From contig CAYHNG010000007.1 in the NCBI GenBank assembly GCA_964357975.1, positions 1-61,281 on the forward strand: a stretch of 61,281 nucleotides of DNA, in the 5' to 3' direction. Each line of letters starts with the position of its first letter. The stretch's first letter is position 1. A program made the translations under genes and the position numbers. The notes under the pieces are model-generated. The model was not told the origin of the DNA, did not search any database, and saw only the letters and a list, made by a program, of their open reading frames with translations. Below, piece after piece: positions 60,951 to 61,281 of the stretch. Source of the DNA: an uncultured Pseudomonadales bacterium. Its GTDB lineage: Bacteria; Patescibacteriota; Microgenomatia; UBA1400; MFAQ01.

Positions 60951-61199
60951 ATGAATGGGTGGCAGGATGAGGTGAAAAAAGTCTTGCGTCCACTGTTGAT
61001 GTGTTCAGTGGAACAGCGATACCAGCTTTTTATGTCAACTGAGTTTGGCAAGAAAGTAGTAGACTACCTAGATTTGCAAGGAAGTGTGCGGAACGTGATG
61101 GAAAATGTGATTAAATTTCTGTCGAAGGTGACTGACAGTGAAAAGGAGTTTCTGGCTGAATTCTCAAAATTGCCCAAGCCGGAATGGTACAAAGAATAG
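60951..61199 (+). CDS. hypothetical protein
   Basis: About 82 aa. GGAGGTG (60941-47) sits just upstream of ATG 60951. The ORF opens at 60939. It is followed by a clean terminator. Confidence 0.45.
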   Translation: MNGWQDEVKKVLRPLLMCSVEQRYQLFMSTEFGKKVVDYLDLQGSVRNVMENVIKFLSKVTDSEKEFLAEFSKLPKPEWYKE

Positions 61200-61206
61200 A
61201 TGAATG

Positions 61207-61230
61207 TCCCTCAGAAATGAGGGATTTTTT
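61207..61230 (+). terminator. Rho-independent terminator
   Basis: Reads TCCCTCA-GAAA-TGAGGGA followed by TTTTTT. Confidence 0.8.
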
Positions 61231-61237
61231 GTGCCCA

Positions 61238-61281
61238 GGAAACCCCGCATGAAGCTTCAACTGCGAGCGAAGCGAGGCGAT
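61238..61281. repeat. AGGAAACCCCG repeat at the right window edge (truncated by the window end)
   Basis: Reads AGGAAACCCCGCATGAAGCttcaactgcgagcgaagcgaggcgat. The 5' 18 nt match positions 8-25 at 16 of 18 positions. Confidence 0.55.

Noticed and set aside
1-61281. CRISPR arrays, rRNA genes, or large tandem arrays
   Set aside because: I found no run of regularly spaced direct repeats of 24-40 nt. The repeats present are single units or dimers of short palindromic elements. No 16S, 23S or 5S-like sequence was seen.
1-61281. Alternative genetic code (UGA recoding, as in some candidate phyla)
   Set aside because: TGA terminates several genes exactly at conserved C-termini or at ATGA/TGATG overlaps (ftsH/exonuclease at 40471-40474, exonuclease/GT4 at 41376-41379, recF, mutM). 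Conserved proteins show no in-frame TGA interruptions. The standard code 11 fits.

Overview
This window is about 61 kb of tightly packed DNA with roughly 75 genes. It has short intergenic gaps and uses the standard genetic code, since TGA ends conserved C-termini.

Organism (inference only, no search run): the gene content suggests a small-genome, fermentative, Gram-positive-type bacterium of the Candidate Phyla Radiation/Patescibacteria kind. Supporting content:
- a SUF-only Fe-S operon
- class II RNR plus NrdR
- an archaeal-type class I aldolase with RpiB, an Rpe-like protein and a PfkB kinase
- two class A PBPs flanking a GH18 protein, plus an L,D-transpeptidase
- a sortase-type sorting signal
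- a Lig1-like ATP-dependent DNA ligase
- a VirD4/TraG-like ATPase
- no respiratory genes

I found no rRNA and no CRISPR array. There are two clear tRNAs, Ile-UAU and a CAU tRNA, and one divergent initiator-like tRNA on the minus strand.

I did not find a compact, obviously novel multi-gene system. The observations most worth a second look are:
1. A -10 box sits 5-8 nt (usually 6) from the start codon of more than 20 operon-leading genes, implying leaderless mRNAs.
2. Several families of short interspersed repeats are present. One copy is inserted in frame in sufU and another in frame in sufS.
3. The tRNA cluster is non-canonical: a UAU isoleucine tRNA, C55 T-loops, and an aberrant fMet-like tRNA with its own extended -10.
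4. A locus combines an orphan VirD4/TraG-like ATPase, a tRNA and a tyrosine recombinase, behind an unusually long 412-nt spacer.
5. A His-less CsoR-family regulator with a palindromic operator lies in front of trxA-trxB.
6. An Rrf2 operator overlaps the suf promoter.

All family assignments come from motifs read by eye in the supplied translations. No database search was run.
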